Made by a program: the position numbers and the translations under genes. Source: Ignavibacteria bacterium (lineage in GTDB: Bacteria > Bacteroidota > Ignavibacteria > UBA10030 > UBA6906). Taken from it: a DNA stretch of 64,000 nt. Position 1 is the stretch's first letter; every line of letters begins with the position of its first letter. Location: NCBI GenBank assembly GCA_040290295.1, contig PSMW01000017.1, positions 6,840-70,839 of the forward strand. Direction: 5' to 3'. A model generated the notes under the pieces. It saw only the letters and a program-made list of their open reading frames with translations. It was not told the DNA's origin and made no database searches. This document shows, in pieces, positions 1 through 8,372 of this stretch.

Positions 1-152
1 TACCTTCCGGCCGATTGCTTGACCTGCTCAGCCGTGCGCAACACGAGGTCTCGACGTTCGACGACACAAGGACCCGCAAACAACACCAACGGCTCGCCGC
101 CACCGACGGCTATCGTTCCGATCCGTACACGACGTGTTCGATCCCGACTCAT
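1..152 (-). CDS. KDO8P synthase (KdsA)/type I-beta DAHP synthase-like protein, 5' end only (runs off window)
   Basis: Open-ended, so absent from the ORF track. ATG at 152 (minus) gives MSRDRTRRVRIGTIAVGGGEPLVLFAGPCVVERRDLVLRTAEQVKQSAG..., the G..P.vL.AGPCViE..D N-terminal pattern of this family. Confidence 0.45.
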   Translation of the reverse strand, partial: MSRDRTRRVRIGTIAVGGGEPLVLFAGPCVVERRDLVLRTAEQVKQSAGR

Positions 153-222
153 GGTCTGCTCGTTTGTCCTCACGCAATTTCGGGATTCGGTGGACCCAAC
201 ACGTTTTCCTGCTTTGCCATGA

Positions 223-1680
223 TCACACTGCGTCGCCCGAAACGTTCAGGACCGTCCGGCACATGTCGAGGAATCGATCGACACCCAAAATCAATGCGAT
301 GCCCTCCTCGGGAACATGTACGGAGCGCAGCACAATGATAAGCATGACGATGCCGACGCCCGGCACCGGTGCGGTGCCGATCGACGCCAGGACAGCAGTG
401 AGGATGATCGTGAGTTGTGCGCCCAGACCCAAATCGATGCCGTACACTTGCGCAATGAACACCGTTGCAACGGCTTGATACATCGCCGTGCCGTCCATGT
501 TCACCGTTGCGCCGAGCGGCAGCACGAAGCTAGCGATGTGTTTCGGCACGCCGAGGTTCTTCTCGCATGCCTCCATGTTTACCGGCAACGTGGCAGCGCT
601 GGAACTGGAACTGAACGCGATGAGCATCACTTCTTTGATGCCGCGAAAAAATATTCTCGGATTCATGCCGCCGAAGACGCGCACGAGAATTCCCAACGTC
701 ACAAACTGATGCAGCACGTACGCGATCAACAACGTCACAATGTACCATGCCAACGTCTGTAAAATATCGAAGCCAAATTCGCCGACGACCGCGGCGATCA
801 ACGCAAAGACTCCGTACGGAGCGATCACCAGAATCATTTCCACCATTCTGATCATCGTATCACTCAAGCTATCGAAGAAGGCGATGACGGGTCCGCTCTT
901 GTTCTGCTCAACGAGCGTGAGCGAAACGCCGATCATCAGAGCGAAAAAGATGATGGCAAGCATGTCTCCCTTTGCAAGCGCCTCAATCGGGTTGGCCGGC
1001 ACGATGCGCATCAACGTCTCCAGCACGTCCACCGACGTTTCCTGTTGAATCTTGTCGCCAACGTTATGATGAAAATTGACCATCAATTTCTCACGCGCTT
1101 CCACACTCAAGCGAGTCCCCGGTTGAATGGCGTTCACCATCACCAAGCCCAACAAGATGGCAGTGACGATAGTCATAAGATAAAACATGATCGTCTTGCC
1201 GCCGATTCTTCCCACTTTGCGGATGTCGCCGAGACTTGCCGCACCGACAATTAACGAGGAAAGGACAAGCGGTATAGCGACAAACATGAGAAGCCGAATG
1301 AAGATCGTGCCGATGGGTTTGATGAGCACGGCAATGGTCTTGACTTTCTCGATCGTCTTAACGCCGGGAAACTCACGCGTCTGACCGTTACCCAGCTCGA
1401 CGCGCACACGAAGCTGTGCCTTCTCCTGCGGTGTGCGTGTCCCGACGAAGGTAAGGATCTTCAGTTGATCTTCAGGACCGAAGGCGGCACGCTGCTCGCC
1501 CGTCTTCGCATCGAGGAACATAAATGATCGCCATCGTTCGATCACCTCGCTTCGCTCGTCGAGACGATCCGCCCGATAGGTGATTTCCAACTTGTACTTA
1601 CTGATGTTGAATGCCCCTCCGAAGATCGCGCCCAGAACGAGAGCGAGCAGAATTTTGTGGTGAAGTTTGAGCGTCGGCAT
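223..1680 (-). CDS. dicarboxylate/amino acid:cation symporter (DAACS/GltP family), apparently frameshifted at the 3' end
   Basis: 485-aa multi-TM ORF with family motifs SSSSAATLP, ATVNMDGTA, PVPGVG and RTVLNVSGDAV. The ORF stops right after GDAV, while a shifted frame continues VIMAKQENVLGPPNPEIA* to about 170, which looks like the normal family C-terminus. Confidence 0.85.
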   Translation of the reverse strand: MPTLKLHHKILLALVLGAIFGGAFNISKYKLEITYRADRLDERSEVIERWRSFMFLDAKTGEQRAAFGPEDQLKILTFVGTRTPQEKAQLRVRVELGNGQTREFPGVKTIEKVKTIAVLIKPIGTIFIRLLMFVAIPLVLSSLIVGAASLGDIRKVGRIGGKTIMFYLMTIVTAILLGLVMVNAIQPGTRLSVEAREKLMVNFHHNVGDKIQQETSVDVLETLMRIVPANPIEALAKGDMLAIIFFALMIGVSLTLVEQNKSGPVIAFFDSLSDTMIRMVEMILVIAPYGVFALIAAVVGEFGFDILQTLAWYIVTLLIAYVLHQFVTLGILVRVFGGMNPRIFFRGIKEVMLIAFSSSSSAATLPVNMEACEKNLGVPKHIASFVLPLGATVNMDGTAMYQAVATVFIAQVYGIDLGLGAQLTIILTAVLASIGTAPVPGVGIVMLIIVLRSVHVPEEGIALILGVDRFLDMCRTVLNVSGDAV

Positions 1681-1834
1681 GCAGTACGATCGAGGGTTTC
1701 TGGCAGTTTCTCGTTGAATCGCAATGTGCGGTGATATGATACAAAAAAGGTGGTTGAATCAAAAGAGCAGCCGGCGCGCGTCTGTACTCTCTCGAAGGAA
1801 ATTGCTATACTCATGCAAACAACCCGACCCTCGC

Positions 1835-2680
1835 ATGACAACTCTCGCTTACGCAAAAATCAATCTCGGCTTGCGCGTGCTCGAACGGCGCCCAGACGGC
1901 TACCACACCCTCGAGACGATTTTCCATCGCATCGCACTCGCAGACGAGCTGACGTTCACATCTGCATCCACGATCCGCATGGCATCGGAAGTCGAGGGCC
2001 TTCCGCTCGATCACACCAACATTTGCTGGCGGGCTGCTGCGTTGCTGCGCGACGAACTTCAATGCACCCGTGGCGTGTGCATCCACCTGCACAAGCGCAT
2101 TCCGATCGGTGCCGGCTTGGGCGGCGGGAGTGCCGATGCGGCTGCGGTGCTCCTTCACCTACCCGCATTCTGGCATCGCACGGTTGATAGCAGTACGCTG
2201 CGGCGGATCGCCGAACACCTCGGCTCCGATGTCCCCTACTTCCTTGAGAAAGGTTCGGCAGTCGGTCGCGGACGTGGAGAGGTGCTGGAATACTTTCCAC
2301 TCGACATTCCTTACTGGATACTCTTGTGCAACCCTCGCCTTCCGATCGCCACAGCGTGGGCGTATGCGCGTATCACGCCTGCCAAGCGAGACACTGCACC
2401 CGGACTGAAAGAGATTCTGTTAGAAGGATTGCACGATCCCAAGGGGCTGCACGGAGCATTGGTGAACGACTTTGAGCCTGTGGTGTTCGCTACGTATCCG
2501 CTCGTTCGAGAGGTGAAGGAAGAGATGGAAAGACGAGGTGCGCTTTTCGCTTCGATGTCGGGAAGCGGATCGTCTGTGTACGGATTCTTCGAACGTGAAG
2601 ACGATGCCCTCGCAACCGCACGAGCATTCGACGAGCGTGGACTGTTCACGCACCTTACACCGCCTCATTTCACGGTGTAA
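1835..2680 (+). CDS. ispE: 4-(cytidine 5'-diphospho)-2-C-methyl-D-erythritol kinase
   Basis: N-terminus MTTLAYAKINLGLRVLERRPDGYHTLETIF and GHMP-kinase motif PIGAGLGGGSADAAAVL. Start moved to ATG 1835 inside track ORF 1724..2680. Confidence 0.9.
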   Translation: MTTLAYAKINLGLRVLERRPDGYHTLETIFHRIALADELTFTSASTIRMASEVEGLPLDHTNICWRAAALLRDELQCTRGVCIHLHKRIPIGAGLGGGSADAAAVLLHLPAFWHRTVDSSTLRRIAEHLGSDVPYFLEKGSAVGRGRGEVLEYFPLDIPYWILLCNPRLPIATAWAYARITPAKRDTAPGLKEILLEGLHDPKGLHGALVNDFEPVVFATYPLVREVKEEMERRGALFASMSGSGSSVYGFFEREDDALATARAFDERGLFTHLTPPHFTV

Positions 2681-2686
2681 GGATTG

Positions 2687-4918
2687 TCAGGTGCGCATCG
2701 CTTCCGCGTTATTGTGAAGAAGTTCTCTCACTCTATTGAGAATCTCGTCGGACATGTACGGCTTTTGCACCAAATCGACCGCACCACCGTTGATCAGATT
2801 ATCGCGCAGTGTTTGGTCGATGTAGCCGCTTGCAAAGACCACCTTCACATCGGGATTGATCTCACGCATCCGCTGGAACGCCTCCCAACCGTCGATCTTC
2901 GGCAGACCCAAATCGGTAAGGACTAAGCCAATCTCATCACGATGACGTGCATAGATTTCCAACGCCTGCTCGCCGTCGGTTGCCGTGAGCACCGTGTAGC
3001 CCTTACTCGCGAGCAAGTCGCGCACAAGCTCAAGCAGCATCGTTTCGTCCTCCACAACCAAGATGGTTCCACTGCCGTTCTGATGGAAGCTCGAACCGCT
3101 CAACGTTTCACATATCATGTCCGTTTCCTCTCGCTGAATGGGAACATACACCGTAAAGCTTGTGCCTTCGCCTACTCGACTCTCGACATCGACAAATCCT
3201 TTGTGGCTCTTGGTCACGCCATACACCACGGCCAGACCAAGGCCCGTTCCTTTCCCGATATCCTTTGTTGTAAAGAACGGCTCGAAGAGTCTGCTCTGCA
3301 CCTCCGGCGGCATCCCGACACCTGTATCGGTCACGCGGATCGCCGCATAGCGATGTGCATGCGCCTCGGGATGACGCTCGCGCAAGAACATGCCATGCAC
3401 TACGAGCGTCTCAATGGTCAATGTGCCACCGTCGGGCATGGCGTCGCGTGCATTCACGCACAGGTTCAGGAGCGCTTGGTGGACTTGATTCGCGTCGGCA
3501 ATCGTTGTGGGAAGCGCCGGATCGAGCTTGAGTTGGAAATCGATCTTCTTCGGGAACGTCTCTTCCAGCATCTTGTGCAGGTCTTCGATGAGGTGATTGA
3601 GATTGACCGGCTCGAAGACCACCTCGTTCCGCCGAGCGAAGGTCAGGATTTGCTTCACCAATTTCGATCCGCGTTGCACGGCACGATTGATCGTCTCGAC
3701 GCTATTTGCTTTGCGAATCAACTCCGGATCTCCGTTCATAAGGATCTGCGCGTGCCCCATGATGATGGCAAGGATGTTATTGAAGTCATGAGCGATGCCG
3801 CCGGCGAGCGTGCCGATGCTTTCCATCTTTTGTGCTTGCCACAGTTGCTCCTCCAGCATCTTGTGACGCGTATTGTCGAACACGTAACCTTTGATCTCGA
3901 CCAACTCGCCGCGGGTATCGAAACGGCCGATCACATTCTGGATGATGTACACGGGCGCGCCGTCCGACCGGCGGAGTTGAATTTCGTAATGTTCCAACTT
4001 CCTGTTCAAGCGAACGAGTTCGAGGACCTCTGCAAAGTGCCGTGACTTCGAGTAGAGTGCCATGAGGTTGAACGTCAACGCTTCCTCGACTGAGGCGAAG
4101 CCGAAAATGCGTGCAAACGATGGATTGCAGGCAAGCAGTTTCCCGTTTGGTGTAGCAATGAAGGCACCTGCAAGGTCGTCGTCGAAGAATTGACGGTACT
4201 TCTCCTCGCTGGCACGAAGGGCAGCTTCAGCCGCTTTCCGTTCGGTGATATCGCGCGCAATCGTAACGATGGCGCTCGTCTGGCCTTGATCGTCGTGCAC
4301 GATGGAAATCGAGAGTGAGACGTAGAATTGCGAGCCATCCTTCTTGCGATGCAGGCGCTCACCCGATTCGCACGTCTCGCCGAGCACGGACGCAGGCTTG
4401 CCGATGATCTCCTCCGCCGAATACCCATAGGTATGGTGAAATGCTTGATTCACGAAGCGAATCATCCCTCGCGTGTCGGTAATGTACACACTGTCGTTGA
4501 TGTGCATGACCGCATGCAAGAGCATCTTCATCTGCTTGTCCGACCGATAACTTTGCACCGCCTTCTCGACGGTGAGCGGAAGGATCTTCAGGTAGTTGCG
4601 TTCGGCGTCTTTGATGATGTAATCGTACGCGCCCGACTTCAACGCTTTAACGGCGATCTCTTCGTTGCCGGCACCGGTAATCACGATGAGAGGCGTTCCG
4701 CTGGCGACCGCACAGACATCCAGCGCGGTGCCATCACCCAAGTTGTAATCGGAGATGATAATGTCGAACTCCTTCTTCTGCAGCGCCTTGCATGCTTCAT
4801 CCACCGACTGCACGATCTCATAACGATACGGAAGCTTCTCGCGTTCGAGATGCCGTTTGAACGCAAGCTGATCTATCCGATCATCTTCGATCAACAATAT
4901 GCCGATGGGTTCGAGCAT
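2687..4918 (-). CDS. hybrid sensor histidine kinase/response regulator (REC-PAS-PAS-HisKA-HATPase-REC)
   Basis: N-terminal receiver (LLIEDDRID...DYNLGDG), PAS-like segments, H-box GGIAHDFNNIL, HATPase boxes (NLCVNARDAM, DTGVGMP, GTGLGLAVV), C-terminal receiver (ILVVEDE...TDLGLPKIDG). Confidence 0.9.
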   Translation of the reverse strand: MLEPIGILLIEDDRIDQLAFKRHLEREKLPYRYEIVQSVDEACKALQKKEFDIIISDYNLGDGTALDVCAVASGTPLIVITGAGNEEIAVKALKSGAYDYIIKDAERNYLKILPLTVEKAVQSYRSDKQMKMLLHAVMHINDSVYITDTRGMIRFVNQAFHHTYGYSAEEIIGKPASVLGETCESGERLHRKKDGSQFYVSLSISIVHDDQGQTSAIVTIARDITERKAAEAALRASEEKYRQFFDDDLAGAFIATPNGKLLACNPSFARIFGFASVEEALTFNLMALYSKSRHFAEVLELVRLNRKLEHYEIQLRRSDGAPVYIIQNVIGRFDTRGELVEIKGYVFDNTRHKMLEEQLWQAQKMESIGTLAGGIAHDFNNILAIIMGHAQILMNGDPELIRKANSVETINRAVQRGSKLVKQILTFARRNEVVFEPVNLNHLIEDLHKMLEETFPKKIDFQLKLDPALPTTIADANQVHQALLNLCVNARDAMPDGGTLTIETLVVHGMFLRERHPEAHAHRYAAIRVTDTGVGMPPEVQSRLFEPFFTTKDIGKGTGLGLAVVYGVTKSHKGFVDVESRVGEGTSFTVYVPIQREETDMICETLSGSSFHQNGSGTILVVEDETMLLELVRDLLASKGYTVLTATDGEQALEIYARHRDEIGLVLTDLGLPKIDGWEAFQRMREINPDVKVVFASGYIDQTLRDNLINGGAVDLVQKPYMSDEILNRVRELLHNNAEAMRT

Positions 4919-4935
4919 GCTTCACTGTACCTCGT

Positions 4936-5355
4936 TCATTCCGGCAATTCACTCAGCGTCCAATACAAATTGATGCTGCGAACAACTTCGATGAACTGCG
5001 GGTACTCCACCGGCTTGATCATATATCCTGCCACGGACAAATCGAACGTTTCGAAACGATCTTGCTCGTCCTTCGAGGTCGTGAGCACGACCGCCGGAAT
5101 GCGCCGGAGGTGTTCGTCGTGCTTCAAGTTACGCAACAGTTCGACACCGTTCATCTTCGGCATGTTCAGGTCGAGAATGATGATGCAAGGCAGACGGTCC
5201 GCCTCGTTGCGCAAATACGCAAGCGCCTCTTCGCCGTTGTTCTTGATGATCAATGTATTGGTGACGTTGAGGTCTTTCAGTGCCCGCTTCACGGTCATGG
5301 CATCCACAACGTCGTCCTCCACCAGGAGGATGGAAGCATCCGATTTCATATCCAT
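4936..5355 (-). CDS. single-domain response regulator (CheY-like receiver)
   Basis: LLVEDDVVD ... DLNMPKMNG ... VVLTTSK ... GYMIKP receiver signature. It sits between the two kinase genes on the same strand. Confidence 0.9.
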   Translation of the reverse strand: MDMKSDASILLVEDDVVDAMTVKRALKDLNVTNTLIIKNNGEEALAYLRNEADRLPCIIILDLNMPKMNGVELLRNLKHDEHLRRIPAVVLTTSKDEQDRFETFDLSVAGYMIKPVEYPQFIEVVRSINLYWTLSELPE

Positions 5356-5367
5356 TGATTCTCCTGT

Positions 5368-8283
5368 TCAGTGATTCATTTCCGCGGGGAGGGTGAAATG
5401 AAACGTTGTTCCCTCTCCGACTTTCGATTCGACCCAAATCGATCCGCCGTACATTTCGATGATCTTCTTGACGATCGTCAGTCCAACCCCCGTGCTCTCG
5501 TGTTCGTCCCGCGGAGAAAGGGTCTGGAAGATTTGAAAGATTTTGTTGAAGTGCCGCTCTTCGATACCGGGTCCGTTATCGGCAACGTGAAACTTCCACT
5601 GACCGTTCTCGCGCACACAACCGACCTCGATGACTCCTTGAGGTTTATCCATAAACTTCACTGCATTGCTCAGCAGATTTTGAAACACTTGCTGCATACG
5701 GGTCGTCTCCGCCACAATCGTCGGCAAGGGGCGTTGAATCTTCACCTGCACGTTCGGCGGAGGCACGATGAGATCGACGATCTCGGACACCAGTGTGTCG
5801 AGATTGACCTCCGTGATTTGTTCTTTTGTTCGGCCGATGCGTGAATAGCGGAGCACGCCATCGATCAGATCGTGCATGCGTTTGGTTCTGCCCAAAAGCA
5901 TCGTGAGCAGTTCTTTCCCTTCATCGCCGAGCTTGTCGCCATAGTCGGTCGCGAGCCAATTGACCAATGTACCGATAGCTCGCAGTGGTGCCTTGAGATC
6001 GTGTGAGACGATGTAGGCGAAGTCGTTCAACTCTTTGTTTATCACCTCCAAGTCCCGCATCAATTTCGCGCGCTGTTCTTCTTCACGCTTCTTTTCGGTG
6101 ATGTCGGTGCACACCCCGACGAGTGCGATCATCCGTCCCTCCTCGTCACGCACCGCCGACGTGGAGAGATAGATGGGAAAGATCGAGCCATCTTTCCGTT
6201 TGCTCAGCAACTCGCCTTGCCATGCTCCTTCGAGCGTTGCGGAGCGAACCGGCACTTCTCGATCGGACTCAGCTCGGAGGATCGTGACAGACTTGCCGAT
6301 CAGTTCCTCGGCCGTGTAGTCGTAGATACGTTGGAATGCCTTGTTGACGAACAGGATGTTCTCGTCGGTATCGGTGATGCAAATACCTTCGGTCACACTC
6401 CTGACGGCGTGCACCAAGCGAGCGAGTTCGACCTCCGCTTTCTTTCGTGCCGTGATGTCCACGTACATGCCGAACACCCCAACCGCCTCACCGTTCATCA
6501 TGATAGGAACGCCGAAGATGTTCACGTTCAGATGTGTGCCGTCCTTCCTCATGCGCACCGATTCTGTCTGAATCGGCTCACCGGTGAGCACGCGGTGTGA
6601 AAGCTCGTTGCCCTCGTGTCGCAATGATTCAGGCACGATGGTTTCGTTGATACTGCGGCCTCGGATTTCTTCAAGCGAAAATCCGAACATCGCTTGGAAT
6701 CGGCTATTGGCGTGCAGGATGCGCTCGTCGCTGTCGGCAAGGATGATCCCGATTGGAGCGTTTTCGAACAACTGTTCGAACCGAGCCTTCTCCAAACGAA
6801 TTGCTTCTTCCGCACGCTTCTGTTGTGTGACGTCCACGTAGAGACCAAAGACACCGATCGCTTCTCCATTGATCACGATCGGCACGCCGTAGATTTGCAC
6901 GTCGAGCAGGCGGCCCTCTTTGGCTCTTCGCATCGTCTCACGACGCACTGGCTCGCCGTGCAACACCTTCCCGAACAATTCGTCTCCCTCTTGGCTCAAC
7001 GCTGCCGGCACAATGGTTTCATGGATTGTCCTTCCTACAAGCTCTTGCAGCGGGTAGCCGAACATCTGCTGAAACTCGCGGTTAGCGCTCACGATCCGCT
7101 TTGCGGGGTCGATGAGCAGAATGCCGACAGGCGCGTTCTGAAACAACTGCTCGAAACGCGCTTTTTCCAACAGGATCGCCTCCTCGGCACGCTTACGTTC
7201 AGTAATATCGCGAAAGATCCCGCACACCGAGAGAACCGTACCGCTTTCAACGCGACACCCCAGGCTTCCTTCGACGGTGATCTCACGGCCATTTCTCGCA
7301 ATGAGCACAGTCTGGAAACGGTCCACGGTTTCGCCGTGCAGCGTTCGCTCCATGACCTTCTCAAACGACGGTAACTCGGCATCGGCAACGATATGTTGGA
7401 TATGTAACTGCGTGATCTCGTGTTGGGTAAAGCCGAGCGTTTCCAAAAACGCCCGATTGGCAAACTCGAACATACCCTCTGGGCAGACGCTGAGAATCAG
7501 ATCACTGGCATTCTCGAACAAGTCACGATAGCTGCGTTCACTGTGATGAAGTTTCTGGTACGCAACGGAGAGATTGTCGAGCATGGTGTTGAAGGCAACG
7601 GCCAGCTTACCGATCTCATCGTTGGAACGGACAGGAACTCGCCGGCTCCAATCTCCCTCCGCCAGTCGTTGAGCCGTACGCGCCATTTCGATGAGAGGCT
7701 TCGCCGCAAGCCTCAAGATGAGGAAGGTAACTGCGATCCCCACAACGGCGAATCCGAAGCTCACGATGGCGATCGTTGTTCGCGCTTGGCGAATCTCCGC
7801 GTGCATCTCATCCAACGATAATCCGACATAGACGCGTCCGAGAAGTTTTGCCTGAACGATGACCGGCAGCATGGTTTGATACGTTTGCTCATCTTCCGAA
7901 ATGCGGTCCACTGCATCGGTGTGCTGATAGCGCAGCGCGACTGCGCGTAGCGAGTCGTAGCTTGCGATGACCTGTCCCGATGCATCCAGCACCATGACAT
8001 AATCAAGCCCGGCAGTACGTTTCGCTCCGATGACCCCAGCCCATACCGCTCGGCGATCGTCGTTCTGGAGCGCCAGACTAACGTTATACGCCAAGATTGC
8101 ACCGATGGCTCGCGACCGTTCAGCAATCGCGGCTTTGGATTTTTCTTCGAGGAGGTGAGGTCCGTACCAATAGACAAGAATGGCCACGAGTGCGATGAGG
8201 ACACTCATCAGAGCGGCGAGTCTCGCCCTCACCGAAAACAGCCACGAGGGAAGCTTTGAAGATTCCTGCTGTGGATCGTTCAT
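5368..8283 (-). CDS. membrane sensor histidine kinase (2 TM, HAMP, four PAS-like modules, HisKA, HATPase)
   Basis: Two TM segments flank a periplasmic region. It has HAMP (KLAVAFNTMLDNL), an H-box FAYIVSHDLKAPLR, and HATPase boxes (NLLSNAVKF, DNGPGIE, GVGLTIVKK). Start taken at ATG 8283 (MNDPQQ...); the upstream ORF extension overlaps the divergent receptor gene. Confidence 0.85.
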   Translation of the reverse strand: MNDPQQESSKLPSWLFSVRARLAALMSVLIALVAILVYWYGPHLLEEKSKAAIAERSRAIGAILAYNVSLALQNDDRRAVWAGVIGAKRTAGLDYVMVLDASGQVIASYDSLRAVALRYQHTDAVDRISEDEQTYQTMLPVIVQAKLLGRVYVGLSLDEMHAEIRQARTTIAIVSFGFAVVGIAVTFLILRLAAKPLIEMARTAQRLAEGDWSRRVPVRSNDEIGKLAVAFNTMLDNLSVAYQKLHHSERSYRDLFENASDLILSVCPEGMFEFANRAFLETLGFTQHEITQLHIQHIVADAELPSFEKVMERTLHGETVDRFQTVLIARNGREITVEGSLGCRVESGTVLSVCGIFRDITERKRAEEAILLEKARFEQLFQNAPVGILLIDPAKRIVSANREFQQMFGYPLQELVGRTIHETIVPAALSQEGDELFGKVLHGEPVRRETMRRAKEGRLLDVQIYGVPIVINGEAIGVFGLYVDVTQQKRAEEAIRLEKARFEQLFENAPIGIILADSDERILHANSRFQAMFGFSLEEIRGRSINETIVPESLRHEGNELSHRVLTGEPIQTESVRMRKDGTHLNVNIFGVPIMMNGEAVGVFGMYVDITARKKAEVELARLVHAVRSVTEGICITDTDENILFVNKAFQRIYDYTAEELIGKSVTILRAESDREVPVRSATLEGAWQGELLSKRKDGSIFPIYLSTSAVRDEEGRMIALVGVCTDITEKKREEEQRAKLMRDLEVINKELNDFAYIVSHDLKAPLRAIGTLVNWLATDYGDKLGDEGKELLTMLLGRTKRMHDLIDGVLRYSRIGRTKEQITEVNLDTLVSEIVDLIVPPPNVQVKIQRPLPTIVAETTRMQQVFQNLLSNAVKFMDKPQGVIEVGCVRENGQWKFHVADNGPGIEERHFNKIFQIFQTLSPRDEHESTGVGLTIVKKIIEMYGGSIWVESKVGEGTTFHFTLPAEMNH

Positions 8284-8372
8284 GCAAAATCGATTTGTGC
8301 CAATGGTTGATGCTGCGCGCTGCTTCTGATTCTTGCTTCTCGACGGCGTTCTGGATATATTTTGCGCACACA

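Noticed and set aside
2942-5374. Long + strand ORFs 2942..4045 and 4328..5374.
   Set aside because: They are antisense to the hybrid kinase and receiver genes, which have unambiguous domain signatures. There are no motifs and the composition is skewed.
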